Assembly: GCF_038025025.1 (NCBI RefSeq)
Contig: NW_027117343.1
Location: forward strand, 1,736,001-1,800,000
Length of the DNA stretch: 64,000 bases
Reading direction: 5' to 3'
Source of the DNA: Phyllosticta citribraziliensis
Lineage: Eukaryota
The notes beneath the pieces were generated by a model. It was not told the DNA's origin and made no database searches. It saw nothing but the letters and a program-made list of their open reading frames with translations. Position 1 is the first letter of the stretch; every line of letters starts with the position of its first letter. Positions 50,892 through 62,867 of this stretch are shown piece by piece. The position numbers were made by a program, and so were the translations under genes.

Positions 50892-52984
50892 TTACAAGCC
50901 CGAGTCCTCCTGGCGGTACACGGGGTTCCTGTAATAGTCTCTCCACCCGTCGCAAACTCGCTCGTATTCCCCTCGGTCTCCGAGCGTGCTCAGCACCCGA
51001 TCTCGCTGCTCTAGGAACTGCAAGCTGAAGCCTTGTCCCACGTGCCAGGCTGTCAATCGAGTTAGTATCAATATGAGATTCTTTTCACGGATTTTCAGCT
51101 TACCTATATGGCAGTGCATAAGCCACGCGCCCGGATTATCGGCTGGGAAGGCTATGATCATGTAGCCCAGACCGGGCAGCATTGCCGTGTCTCGACGGAT
51201 CGGGTTGTCAAATTGCAGACCATCCAACGAGCGGTCCCACTGCCCCGTGCCAACGCCCAAGAGGTAAAAGTCGTGGCCTGGAAGTGGTCAGCATCTTGCG
51301 CGCAAACGAAACCATGTCGACTGGTGGGCTTACCGTGCAGATGGATTGGATGGGGCACCGTGATGTTCAACTCTGGCGCCTCTTGGATGACGAAATAGTA
51401 CCACCTGTCCTTCTGCGGGAGCTCGATGAGGTTGATCTCGCGGGGGAAATTGAAGTCGCCGTCAATAACGTACTGCATAGTCGGACGACCCCAGTCAATG
51501 CGCATGGCAGTACCATCCAGGTACCAGTGGAACAGCTGGCCGTCGTTGGTCTGCACCACGCCAGCGTCCAACTCGAGCGAGCGAATCGACTCCAGTAAGC
51601 CATCTTGTGGCACCTGATTCGCAACGCGCGGCACCAGATTGGGCATGTCGTTGCAGCCCTCAGGAATGTCGTCATGTCGCTGAGTATTCGGCTCGCCGCC
51701 GCCGCCGCCGTAACTGAGGATCGCCTTGATATTCCCCGCGTTGCGGTTGCGCGTGCAAGTCCGGTCAGGATCGTAGCGGATCCAGAAGTCGTCGCCGTCC
51801 TGATTCGCCTCAAAGATGACGTTGTAGCGCTGGCCCACGCCGAGCGAAATGTACGACGTGTCGAAGGGCGTGATGGGGATGAAGTCGGCCGAAATCACCG
51901 TCATGATGTGGTTGTCGATCGAAAAGTGCATGAAGTCGTTGACGCCCGAGTTGATGACGCGCAGCAGATATCTGCGGCCCCGCTCAACATTGATCCGGTT
52001 GTAGGACCCACCAGGCCCGTCTGGATTCACCATTGTCCCGTTGATGAGCCCATTGTCCGCTGTTGGCGGCCCTGTCCCCAGGTTGCTGTGGATGGAGCGC
52101 CAGTTCAGCGTGCCGACGGGCGTGTGGTACCAATCAGTCAGCATGTACGATCCCAAATCGACGTCGTAGTCTTCGTTCGCAGGACCCCTGATGACGATGG
52201 CGCCGACGACGCCGTCGCCGTATTGCGCCGTGAAGTGGCTATGGTACCAGCTCGTGCCGTACTGCGAGCACTTGAAACGGTATGTTCTAGAATCTCCCGC
52301 TGCGATTGGACCTTTTCATTCTTCGTCAGTCCTGATCCTTGACAAGTTGTGTCTGAAATTCATACATTCTGTCAGGCCGTTGACCCCGTCATATCCGTTT
52401 GTATTCAACTGCCGAAGACCGTGGAAATGGATGCTAGTTCCGTTGTCTTGCATCGAGTTCTTGACGTGGACCACCATCGTGTCGCCCCAATCTGCTCGTC
52501 ATCAGCCTCGAACATTTGCGGAAACACGAGAGTTCGTACCAGCTTGAAGCACGGGGCCTGGATATTGTCCGTTGACAGCCAGCACCAGACGCTCGAATCC
52601 ATCTGGCGCCAAAGTGATGTTGGTGATTTCCAGATGGTACTGCGGCAAGAATCAGCCCCCTGCTCTGCCCTGTGTTCTCAATAAACGTACCTCCACCACA
52701 TTGGATTCATCGGGGAAGTCTTCATCAAAATCTGTCAAGACGTTGTAGTGGTCTTTCCAGCAGTACCGCGAGTGACTGGAAAAAAGACATCCCAGCTTTG
52801 GCACTGGCAGGTCCAACTTGAGATTGAACGAGGATTTGATCTGCTTGAGGGTTCTCGCCACCAAGCCTCCGGAAGGTTGTGATGAAAGACCGTCTGTGGC
52901 GTCATTGGAGCGAGGGAGCAACGAAGCCGCGAGGGTGTAGGAGCACAGTGCCAAAAGGCACGCGCTCAAACGAAAGAGAAACAT
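50892..52984 (-). CDS. Secreted laccase / multicopper oxidase (AA1, asco-laccase), multi-exon
   Basis: Signal peptide. Cu motifs SIHFHG, SWYHSH, HPIHLHG and WLMHCHI|AWH. C-terminal DSGL plug typical of ascomycete laccases. Confidence 0.95.
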
Positions 52985-54419
52985 TTTCGGATCCACAAGA
53001 GGGGGTACAGGAGAAACCGTCGGATCGCCTCACAATGTACAGTATCAACAAGCGAGAGACTGAGTTTTAACAGCAGCCTCGCCCGCCGACGGCAACAGCG
53101 TTTTAAAAAAACTCGACTGGACGTCCAATTTCCCATGATCCGGAACGTCTTCTAGGTCTTTGATGCTTGTACATTTGGCCGCATGGCAGGGCCGTCTGTG
53201 GTCGAAAAAAGTCTTTCCAGGATCAGAGCACCAGTGGGCATCAAACGGCAGGCTGGAGCACCGGCAACAAGCCTGCATAGCCATGTCCACAGGGCAAGAC
53301 TGTGGTCCGGGAAGAAAGGAAGATCAGGTCCCGAGGCGAACACTCGAGATTCGGGCCGCCGTCAAGGATTGTGCAGCAGGGCTGATGGGAATGAAACAGA
53401 GCCGCCAGGCGATCGTGTTTACCTAAACGGGCAACTGTTGTCGCTATTTACAGCAGCGCTGTGCACAAGAGCCGCGCTGGGATGCTCCATGTCCCGCGCC
53501 AGAACCCTGTGCACATCTCGTTGACAAGCTTTGCTTGGCTCCAGCTGAGGTGCGGCCGTCATCCAGCTGTCACTTGTGCATGGTCGGCGAGCTGACGAAA
53601 CAGCGGCTTGCGATCTAGCGCTCTTGCTTCCAGGTGCTTCAGAGAGTCGTTTGCTCCCACGAGCTTTCGTAGACGAAAAGACAACGAAGAAAAATCCCCT
53701 TCAAGTGATGGCAGAGGACGTCGAGGCCAAGCTTTGATAAGGCTACCAACGTCGGCTCTCCAACCGGGAAATCTGCCAACTCTATTGCGAGTTGACCACT
53801 GCTAACCACAAACTACCTTTCTCGTCCCGCGCTGTGGACGCCGCCTTGGGCCCAGCCAAGACCGAGGCCTGTTTGAGCCCAAAGCTGATACCTGGTTCTC
53901 GGGCTCCTGCAACACCACTGTCCTGCAAAACCCGGTTATATCCACAGTGGGGCTATGGCATTTAGCCTCTCTGGCGCGATAAAATGAAGGACGTGATCAT
54001 GAACTGTCATTATGCAAGCCGATCAAAATATCAAGACGACCTCTCACGCGAAAGACAAAACGACGACTGTCCTCTACGGTACACGTTTACTCGCGATAAG
54101 GTCGCTCCATCAGAACGGTATCGACTTAGTGTCGTTCGCGTAGCCCAGGGATCCCTTTGATGCAAAAACAACACCAGCCTCCTATACTCGATCCCGCAGC
54201 CGCACCGAACTTGGAACCTTATTGAGCCTCTAGCCGCTGCGGCTGTGCTGCACGCCTACTACGTCGCTGGCAAGCTGATCGACATTCACCCGCACTCAAA
54301 TTCGACTTGCGGGCTCAATCACCCGCGTCTTGTCACTGACATGTTCCATTCCAAGTCCAATCATTATTTCCATTCGCATTCCGCGCTCGACTTAGCTACG
54401 ACAGGTGGAAGCTTCCAAG

Positions 54420-55099
54420 ATCAGCCCAACCTCGCCACTATGGGGCCCCCCAACCAACCTCCTCCACCACCGCCATGGTTCTCCCCAAGACAGGTAGCTC
54501 CGCTATATTTAGAGCATAGAGCGACCCGTTTCTCCCCGGACTTTGCTTCACCCCGACGAGGAGATGGTCGTTTTGACTGTCGTTGAATTGAAGCTGCTCG
54601 ACACTTTTACGGCGGACGTGGTGTTGTGTGCGGTTGAACCCGGAAAATGGGTGACGGTCGTAGTCAGCGTGACGTTGGACACTGCGGGTGGCGCCGTGGC
54701 AGCGGCAGCAGCGCAGCAAGCAGGGGCCGTTGTGACAACAGTGGAGCAAGCAGGCGTCGAGCTGGATCGTTTGGAGCTGGAGCTTGTCGACTTCTTGCTC
54801 GACGAGCTGCTCCTCTTAGACGACGACTCGGACGAAGACGTCACGACCCGCACCGACATGTCCAGAATGTCGAGGACAATGCTGAGAGCCACTGTCTCTG
54901 TTACAGTGGCGACTGGTGCCGCGACGGTTGAGTTCCTTAGGCGCGCGGAACTGAGGCTGCTCGGTGATGCCGATGCCGACGATGATGCCAGCGCACTACC
55001 ACTCCCGCGGCCCGTGGCAGTGCTAGTCGATGTCGCGGTAGTCTGGGCGCCGGCGCAAAATGAACCAGCCGCCAATACGAGAAAGGAAGCGAGTCTCAT
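54420..55099 (-). CDS. Secreted Ser/Thr-rich cell-wall-type protein; ends at TGA 54548, or via a 49-nt intron at ~54420
   Basis: Signal peptide MRLASFLVLAAGSFCAGA, then a strongly S/T-rich body with NxS/T sequons (NST, NVT, NTT). Possible gtgaag..tatag intron leading to a Gly-rich tail. Confidence 0.75.
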
Positions 55100-56061
55100 G
55101 ATGCGATGAGCGGCAAGTGGTTGTATTCTAGCCCCAGCCCCCGGAGCAAAAAACAACGCAGAAGGCTTAAGATACCCACAATATGCGATGGGTCCGCGGC
55201 TCTCATAAACACCTCCAGCCGACCTGGCGCGGAGCCACTTGATCCGCGAACGGACAACGACAATGACTGCTTCGGATTCGCTCTCTCTTCTTTGCGTGTG
55301 GCCGTTGTCTCCCTCAATCGGTACCTGTCAGCCGGTACGGGCCGTCTGTCTGTTGGGTCGTGAGCATTTTCGAAACTTGCGTGAGGAATTCCTTTGGCGT
55401 TGGGCTCTAGCGCTGACGTCCGTTGTCCATGCAGGAACATATTCTGCAAGTTCAAACAGCTGGCGCTCTTTGTGCGCCCTTCCCCTGGGCAGGAATAACC
55501 GGCCCAAGCCGTTTGAAAACCTGGGTTTGACACTTCTCTCCAGCTTTTCCCTTTGCTCGGGTCAATGAGGTCGCTCAGGTTCTCGTGCTCAGAGATAAGC
55601 ATATTAATATTCAGTTCTTTTTTGTTTTGGGATTTTCGGACCCTCTGACATCACCCCGGGACTCGAAAGAAACTTACGACATCACTACCGCGGCGAATCT
55701 CTCTTCGGACATTTGGGCGCCATCACGACATCTTGGACGTCTTTGATGGCGTCTTGTTGCTTCATCGTTTCCCCTTGCCGGTATTGAAAGTGGCAGAACA
55801 CCATCACGGCCTTTCTTGTTCTGTCCGCTTCAATTTCTTGGCCTCGATCGCAGGATCTATAATGAAAGCACGTTGCCAAGGTCTGGACTCGGCAAAGAAT
55901 CCATCAAACGGCAAGAGAAGGCCTTCACTGCATCTGCGGCGGCTATATAGATCACTTTGATCGGTTGTCGAGGCTTCCGGGGTGTTCCATTCAGTCTGTC
56001 ATTAGTATAGTGTCACTGTCTGGTCTTGAGCAAGGCTTCGTTTCCTTGTTGTCAAAACATC

Positions 56062-57315
56062 ATGCCTTTTACGCACCGTCGCAACCGTTCAAATGAGATC
56101 ACGCCGGCTCTGCGGCGTGTCATTCCGCGGGGAGACTTTATCGACATTCACAAGATTGAGCCCTGCGTCTGCGTCGTCGGTGTCGGCTTTGTGGGAGAAT
56201 CGCTACTTCGCGAATTCGGCCATGTCTTCAAGTCTATCGGCTTCGACATCTCTCAAAAACGCATCGACGAGCTGAAACGGGCGTTCAAAGACCTACCCAA
56301 TGTCACACTCACGGCCGACAAGGAGCAGCTGGGCCGAGCGACTCACTACCTCATCTCTGTGCCGACCCTTCTCAAAGAGGACCGCTCAGTCAATCTGTCG
56401 CATCTCCTTTCCGCCGTCAGCTTGGTCATGGGCTACGCGCGGCCCGGCGCGGCTATCGTCCTTGAGTCGTCTGTGTGCGTTGGGACGACCCGCCAGCTCT
56501 TCTCCGCCTACCAGGACAACTACCACTGCGGCATGTCGCCCGAGCGTGTCGACCCAGGGCGCGTCGCTCCCACTGCAAAGGCCATTCCCAAGCTCGTCTC
56601 TGGCCTGACGCCCAAGGCCCTGAGCCTCATCCAAACCCTCTACGCTCAAGTCTTCGATCACGTGGTTCCTGTCTCGTCGCCCGAGACGGCGGAGATGACC
56701 AAGCTCTTTGAAAACTGCTACCGCATGATCAACATTGCGTACGTCAACGAGATGGCCGACGCCGCCCGCAGCCACGGCGTCGACCCAGATGAGATGATTC
56801 GCGCGGCCAGCAGCAAGCCGTACGGCTACACGCCCTTCTCGCCTGGACTCGGCGTCGGCGGGCACTGCATCCCAGTCAACCCCTTCTACCTGTTCGCCAA
56901 CAACAAGAACCTGCCCGTGCTGGAGAAGGCGACGGCGCAGATGTGGAAGCGGCCCGACACCAAGGCAAGGACGTTCTACCGCCGCACCAGCTCCGCGTCC
57001 GCCGACCATCTTCCGCGCATCCTCGTCGTCGGCCTGGGCTTCAAGCCCGGCCAGTCGGTGCTGTCGTGCTCTCCTGGCATCTCGTTCGCCGAGCGCCTGC
57101 GCAAGTTGGGGTGCCGCCGTCTCGCGTTCTACGACCCGCTCGTTCAGCGCGAGGCCGTCGACTGGATGGAGAAGCTGGACGACGCCTCGTGGGACCCGCG
57201 GTATCTCGAGGACAACTTTGACGCCGTCGCCATTTGCATGCGGCAGGCGGGCGTCGACTTTGGCGTTGTCGAAAAATTGCAGCCGGACAGGATCAAGGTG
57301 CAAGAATTTAAGTAA
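56062..57315 (+). CDS. UDP-glucose/GDP-mannose dehydrogenase family, UDP-GlcNAc/ManNAc 6-dehydrogenase type (WbpA/TviB/WecC-like), intronless
   Basis: Rossmann VVGVGFVG, SVPT, LESSV, SPERVDPG, AEMTKLFENCYRMINIAYVNE, catalytic PGLGVGGHCIPV, and LGFK. Confidence 0.92.
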   Translation: MPFTHRRNRSNEITPALRRVIPRGDFIDIHKIEPCVCVVGVGFVGESLLREFGHVFKSIGFDISQKRIDELKRAFKDLPNVTLTADKEQLGRATHYLISVPTLLKEDRSVNLSHLLSAVSLVMGYARPGAAIVLESSVCVGTTRQLFSAYQDNYHCGMSPERVDPGRVAPTAKAIPKLVSGLTPKALSLIQTLYAQVFDHVVPVSSPETAEMTKLFENCYRMINIAYVNEMADAARSHGVDPDEMIRAASSKPYGYTPFSPGLGVGGHCIPVNPFYLFANNKNLPVLEKATAQMWKRPDTKARTFYRRTSSASADHLPRILVVGLGFKPGQSVLSCSPGISFAERLRKLGCRRLAFYDPLVQREAVDWMEKLDDASWDPRYLEDNFDAVAICMRQAGVDFGVVEKLQPDRIKVQEFK

Positions 57316-57433
57316 AGGGTTTTGTTGAGAGGATTTGATTTCGCTAGACTGTTGATAGTTGATAGTTGAGATTTGATTTTGTTTCGTTCGTCAAAGGTAG
57401 AGCAATTTCATGATCCTTAAAGAGCTTTGAATT

Positions 57434-60241
57434 CTACATGACTTCTGTCTCGTGTACATGTTCCTCGTCTGAACCCGAGAGTTGCGGACCTGTCAGGCCC
57501 TTCTCGGCCTTTTTCTCTGCTTCCAGCTTCTCTGCCTCCTGTTCTGCCACTGACGTTGCGGCTGGAGCCGACGAGGCAGTTACACCCGACATTCCCCACA
57601 CTGCATTGTCAAAGTCAGCTCATTGTTCAATCCGGCCAGGGGGAAAGTGCGAGGAAATTCTTTGTCTCGGAATCCTGAGTACAGCACAGTGACCAGGAAC
57701 AAACGTACCTTGGCTCCCCAAGTTCTTGGCGACCTTTGTGAAGACGGTGAGAGAGATGAACGGACTGATCATCTTGTTGATGCAGAAGCCAATGACGAGC
57801 TTGTGCGCCCGCTTGCGCAGTTCGTGCTCCAGGAAGAAGACGCAAAACATGAACCACATGGTCGGCAGCTGGCTGACTATGATCAGCGGTAGGAGCTCCA
57901 TGAATGTCACGCCCTCGGTCAGCCCTTTGAGGAAAAGAAACGTGTTGAAGATGCGGTAGTAGACCATGGAAAGCCTAACGACTTCTATTGAGGCTGCGAT
58001 GCGGGTGATGACTATCATCTGCGGCGATGTCAGTTGGCTGCCTTTCGAACTGAGTGTTGCTCATCGTACCTTTTCGCCCATCCAGTAGAAGTAGTTGTTG
58101 AAGTATGCGTTTGAACCCCATCGTCGTCGCTGGGACAGATAGTGCTGCAGAGACTGCGGTGCAACAGTCTCACTGACCGCCTCAGGAACAAAGAGCGTGT
58201 GGAGCTTTTTGTCTTGAGAGAGCATCGAGTACGTGAGCCGTCGATCGGTCCCCTAAGACATCAGCAAGCTCGGATGGAAGAAAAAGGTTGCGAGACTCAC
58301 GAGATACTGAACCTGGTGGTGGATGACCGGGTAGATGGTGATTGGCTCCGCATACTTTCGAATTGCACCAGCCATTTCCTCGCGGACAGCTATCATTGTG
58401 ATGCAACCTGGCAAGCAAGACACCTTGCCAATAAAGCCTTCCGCTCGCCTGCGAACGTACTGTCCAAAAGTGTACTATGATCTGTCAGTTCACATACGCA
58501 CCTCGCAGCCCGGTCTGCAAAAGATCTCTTGAACGCTTTTAGCGCGTACTCACTTGAAATTGCTGGTACAAGTTCCAGAAGGACCACTCGAATCCTGGCT
58601 CCAGCTCAACCAGGACCAGTCCGCAAGCCGCGATTGCATTCTTGTCCCTTGCGAGGGCGTTTGCTAGACTTGCCACTGCCCCTTTGTAGATTGTCGAGTC
58701 GGCATCGGTACAAAAGACCATGTCAAAGTCTTTGAAGTTCTGGCCTTCGGTCAACTTGGGTAGAATGTCCGTCCAAATTTCTTCTCTTAATAGTCGCGTG
58801 TACAGCGGGACGTTGTGGCGCGGTACGTTGAAAAGATCGTGGCACAGAATGAGGGAATCCTTCTTGCCTACAAGTAGGTTAACGTCAGCGTCTTTGCTTC
58901 CATATGCTCCCAATGGCGGCTCTTCTCACCGCTATTCTTCAGCTTCTCAATCACAATGACAGGAACGTCTTCCATGAATCCCGCTGTAATCTTGAGCACG
59001 CCTCGTTTGTGCTTCAGCGAGATGTATGGCCGCTGGAACTCGCGTACAAAGCGAGTCATGTGTCTGCGTACATCGCGCGGCTTGCCATCGAGCAAGACGA
59101 CCATGACTTGACGGTGCGGCTCAACATCGTTGTCCCGGAGCGAGTAGATGGTCTTGACAATTTGCTCCTCGCTCTCCGAATACGCCGGAATGAGTGTGAG
59201 GATCCATTGCGTGGGAACGGGCGGAAGTGGCTTGAAGATACGGTATATTTTCCTGACGAAGAGACCAAGCGCTGAAATGATGACGGAAAGAAAGTCTTTG
59301 CTTTTGATGAATAGAATGAAACAGAACACGACCATACCCTCGTTGGCGAACAGAGCTACCATGGCCATGCCAATGTTGAGGCAGAGGATCACACCGAAAA
59401 AGAAGATGCGTTGGTTGCGCAGGTCCTTGGGTCCAAGGATTCGAGCAGGGTCTTCGGGGTCTGGAATTTCGGGATATCTGCAGCCTTCGACCTTGTCCTC
59501 CAATCGGACTGATTCCTTCTCCGCTTGGCCGCCTTCGGCATCTTCTTGCGCTGTAACGTATCCTCCTTGGCTTTCTTTGCCAGTACTTTGAAGTGTATTT
59601 GTACGCGAGATGCCTTCTTCTGCGCACGTAGCGAAGGATATGGTGGACAACGAAGCTCTGGTGGGCGGTGCCGTGGAATATGAGTCGAAACTTGGCCTGG
59701 TGGATTCATCCACCCTCGCGGCCGTCTCCGTGTCGAAGTAGGCGGAAGAGGCAAGCGACGGCGTCGGCGCAGGCCGTGTGTCTCTGAGACTTGTATGCAA
59801 GAATGTCGGCACAGGACACACAGTGGTCGTAATCCCAGGGCCATTGTCATGGTGTTTATTCGAGCGCTCAAGATCCAGAGGAGTTTCGATAGTCGCCCAG
59901 CTCGAGGCTGCACTTCTGATAGTCTGTATTGGACATCCGAGTTGTGTGGTTGACACATCGTCGAGGACTGTGAGTGTGGAAGAAAGCTCCAAGGCAAGGC
60001 TTGATGTCGATTTTCCTGGGGATATCTGGGCAGGCGACGACTCGATGGTAATCCAGCTCGATGTCGAGCTTCTGGGCGCGTCGGTCGCTTCGAGCTCAAT
60101 CTGCTGGGTCGCCGCAAGTTCCGGGTCTGGCTGTTGCGCAACATTGTCGAGAACACAGGCTGTAGACGAGACTTGCGGGGTAGGATCTGTCTCTGTAACA
60201 GCATTGGAGTTGATGTCATCAACACCAGCCAAATTACTCAT
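57434..60241 (-). CDS. Atypical chitin-synthase-like processive GT2 glycosyltransferase, multi-exon
   Basis: LIPAYSES, KNS|GKKDS, FCTDADS, QQFQ|YTFGQ, TCLPGCITM, LGTDRRLT, YLSQRRRW, C-terminal TMs and Q|VWG. N-terminus is S/T/acidic and disordered, followed by TM helices. Confidence 0.88.
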
Positions 60242-61056
60242 TAATGCATGCCAGCCATTGCAGAGTGGCCGTCGTCAAGGGACATCACACGTTCCGTCTG
60301 TACATATGAGCGGGACATGCTAGAGAAACTCTCAACACCCGCATTGCAAAAGCAGTGTGGGGTGGATGATCCCCCGTTTGCGGGGAAGAGCAAAGAAAGT
60401 GCACTGATTCCGGGAAATTCAGCAAGAGCATGCGCAAAACAATGAATCTTGCACGGAAATCCAAGCATTGGCACGGCAGAAGTGTGGGGAGTGATTTTTC
60501 CCGGGATGCCACCAGAGGCGGCCGAGGGGGATTTCCTTGCTCATCGCGGAAACGGGAAGCTTGTTGATGTTGCACGTTCTGAAAAGATGGAGGTTGCAAC
60601 AAAGACAATGGATGTTGTCGAAAGGAGAAGTCGCAAACGCAGGAGTTGTCCAGTCGCTTCGCCTATGTTGCTGAAATTGGTTAGCTCCATATTCCTATCT
60701 TTCACGACACCTCTTCCAACGCGCACCTTCTCATCTGCCCATCTTCCATATCATGCATAGCAAGATGGACTAATGCTCAGAATCAACTCAGCTTGGCGTC
60801 CAAGCCTCTTCTCTTCACCGGTCAGTGTGTGAAACGGAAAAGAATGTGCGAGATCGACGAATCGACTACACAACAAAGCCGGCGCTTTGTTTGCGATCCA
60901 GCTGCCAGGGGAAAGAGAAATTGGCAAGAGTTTTGTTTGTCACTGGGGCCAAGGATGGCATCATGGAATCCATTGCCCAACTGTCGACCTTGAAAGACGC
61001 CACTATACCAACAATTTCCGCAACAAACTCAATAGCCGCGCGCTTCACCCCGGCTC

Positions 61057-62136
61057 TCACCCCTCCGCCAAGACAGCCTTGGTGTACGCCAAAAAATCAA
61101 GTCCATTCTCCGCCTTGACGGCCAAGCCTCTCGGGCCATCCCAAAACATCACGCCTCCAAACTTGGCCTCGTTCCAGCGGAGCAGATCCGGTCGTCGTGC
61201 CAGTCGTATTGCGTCACCAAAGCTTTCCGGAGACACGAACCCCAGGTTGTCGTTGTCGAAGCTCAGTCCTCCCAGCAAAACCTTGGGTGACGGCGACAGA
61301 GGCAACGGCACGAGGTCTTCGTACCAGGTCCTGAGCGATCGGCGGAACGCTGGCGTGCCGAGTGAACACGAGGCCTTGTTGTAGAAGCGGATGAAGATGA
61401 AGTCGACGAGGGCCAGAGCTGTCTCCGAGATGGGTCGATTCGTGGTATCACAGGTTGGAGCGGCCGAGATATACATGGGCTTGGAGGCCGACGCGAGGTA
61501 AGAGTGCAGAGCTGACACGAAGGTGTCGTAGTGGGCGGGTGAGCCGACTTCGTGGTCTGCCACGGTCAGTCAATCAGCCTTTCGCCCAGCAACGCCTTGG
61601 GAGGATTCGTTACCAATGTCAAACCCGTCAACGACGACATCGCGGCCCAAAGGACGCAAATATGGCACTGTTTTACCTTCTCCAAACAGCTCCCACATCG
61701 ACTTTGCCGCATCTTCGGCTGCCTGGCGTCCTTCGATGCCGGTTCCGAACGACGTGTTGGACGTGGAGCCGCCAATGCTCACGTAAATCTTCTTGCCCAA
61801 CTCCTGGCACCTCTTGACCTGCCTTCCGAGCTCCGTACACACGGCCATTCCCGGGGCCACTGTTGCATTGGCCGGTCTCGCGTCACTGCAGACCCATGGC
61901 CCAAAGTCAACCGTGGGATATCCGGCTGTGTCCGTGAAGCTGCGAACGAAGCCGAGGATGATGACGTCCACGGCAGCGTTGCTGCAAAGATTGGTCAGGC
62001 TCGCGTTGCGGCCTGAGGACTGCGCAAAGTATACGAAGAGATTCTGCGCGCCTTCGGCGTCGAAGTCTGCCCCCGTCGATGCTGGGAATGCGCAAAAGAT
62101 TGCTACTGTCCCGTACAAAATATGGCGCAGGAACAT
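61057..62136 (-). CDS. Secreted GH18 glycoside hydrolase (class III / subgroup B chitinase-like), 2 exons
   Basis: Signal peptide, KKIYVSIGG, YLRPLG. Splicing (gtaacg..ctgac..cag) restores the catalytic DGFDIDHE (DxxDxDxE). YISAAPTC, FIRFYN, FGGVMFWD. Catalytic domain only. Confidence 0.92.
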
Positions 62137-62552
62137 GGTGTGTGTTGTCGTCTCCTACACGACCGGCCACGCTGGCTGCGCACCCCTATCTCATGCGGGC
62201 CACTCGAGACGTCGAAGCAGACTGCGAGGCGCCCGCGCGATCTTTGTTCTCCACCAGGAGGCATTGGCACATCTTGTCGTTTCACGCAAGCGTCTCTCCC
62301 GATCAACTGACTATTCTTTCAGCTTCGATAAATCCCGCACACCGGCCTACGCGCCTAATCTTTCCATCTTGTCCAAAGACCATCTGCTTGCGAGTCTTTG
62401 TGCACGTCATCGATGCCCCCGCGGTATATGAGCATTGTCCTGTCGATGGCAGTCCTGCGGCATTTCATTTCGTTCATTGACCGACGTCTGGGTCCACCGA
62501 TCGCGATCCACCATCTGCAGTCACCGCAAACCGATTTCACAGCCGACAACAC

Positions 62553-62867
62553 ATGGCGCGCCAAAAAGCCAACCCGGGCCAGCTGCGTCGTAGCGAGCGT
62601 CTGCAAACACAGCATCAGCAAGCGCCACCGCAGCAGAAGAAGCGCCGCAACTCTCTCGAAATGCTGCGCGACGCCGTTGCGCCCTCGATAGCCAGGACGG
62701 CGCGCGCGGCGGCGGCGAAGACCAAGCAGCTGCTGGCCATGGCGACCAAGCTTGCCAAAGCCAGCGTCGGCGAGGGGCCGGCCGTCGTGCATTTGCATCC
62801 GGAGCGGGCGCGCCGGGGCTCGACGTACTCGGAGGTGGATGCGCTGTACCAGAATGGGTCGTGCTAG
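62553..62867 (+). CDS. Small basic hypothetical protein (104 aa)
   Basis: Good start context (CAACACATGG), GC-rich codons, divergent from the GH18 gene. LRRSERL, KKRRNS and RRGS motifs. No family recognised. Confidence 0.45.
   Translation: MARQKANPGQLRRSERLQTQHQQAPPQQKKRRNSLEMLRDAVAPSIARTARAAAAKTKQLLAMATKLAKASVGEGPAVVHLHPERARRGSTYSEVDALYQNGSC

Noticed and set aside
50892..52984. Laccase as part of the polysaccharide cluster
   Set aside because: It is adjacent, but there is no sequence-based functional link. Synteny evidence would be needed.
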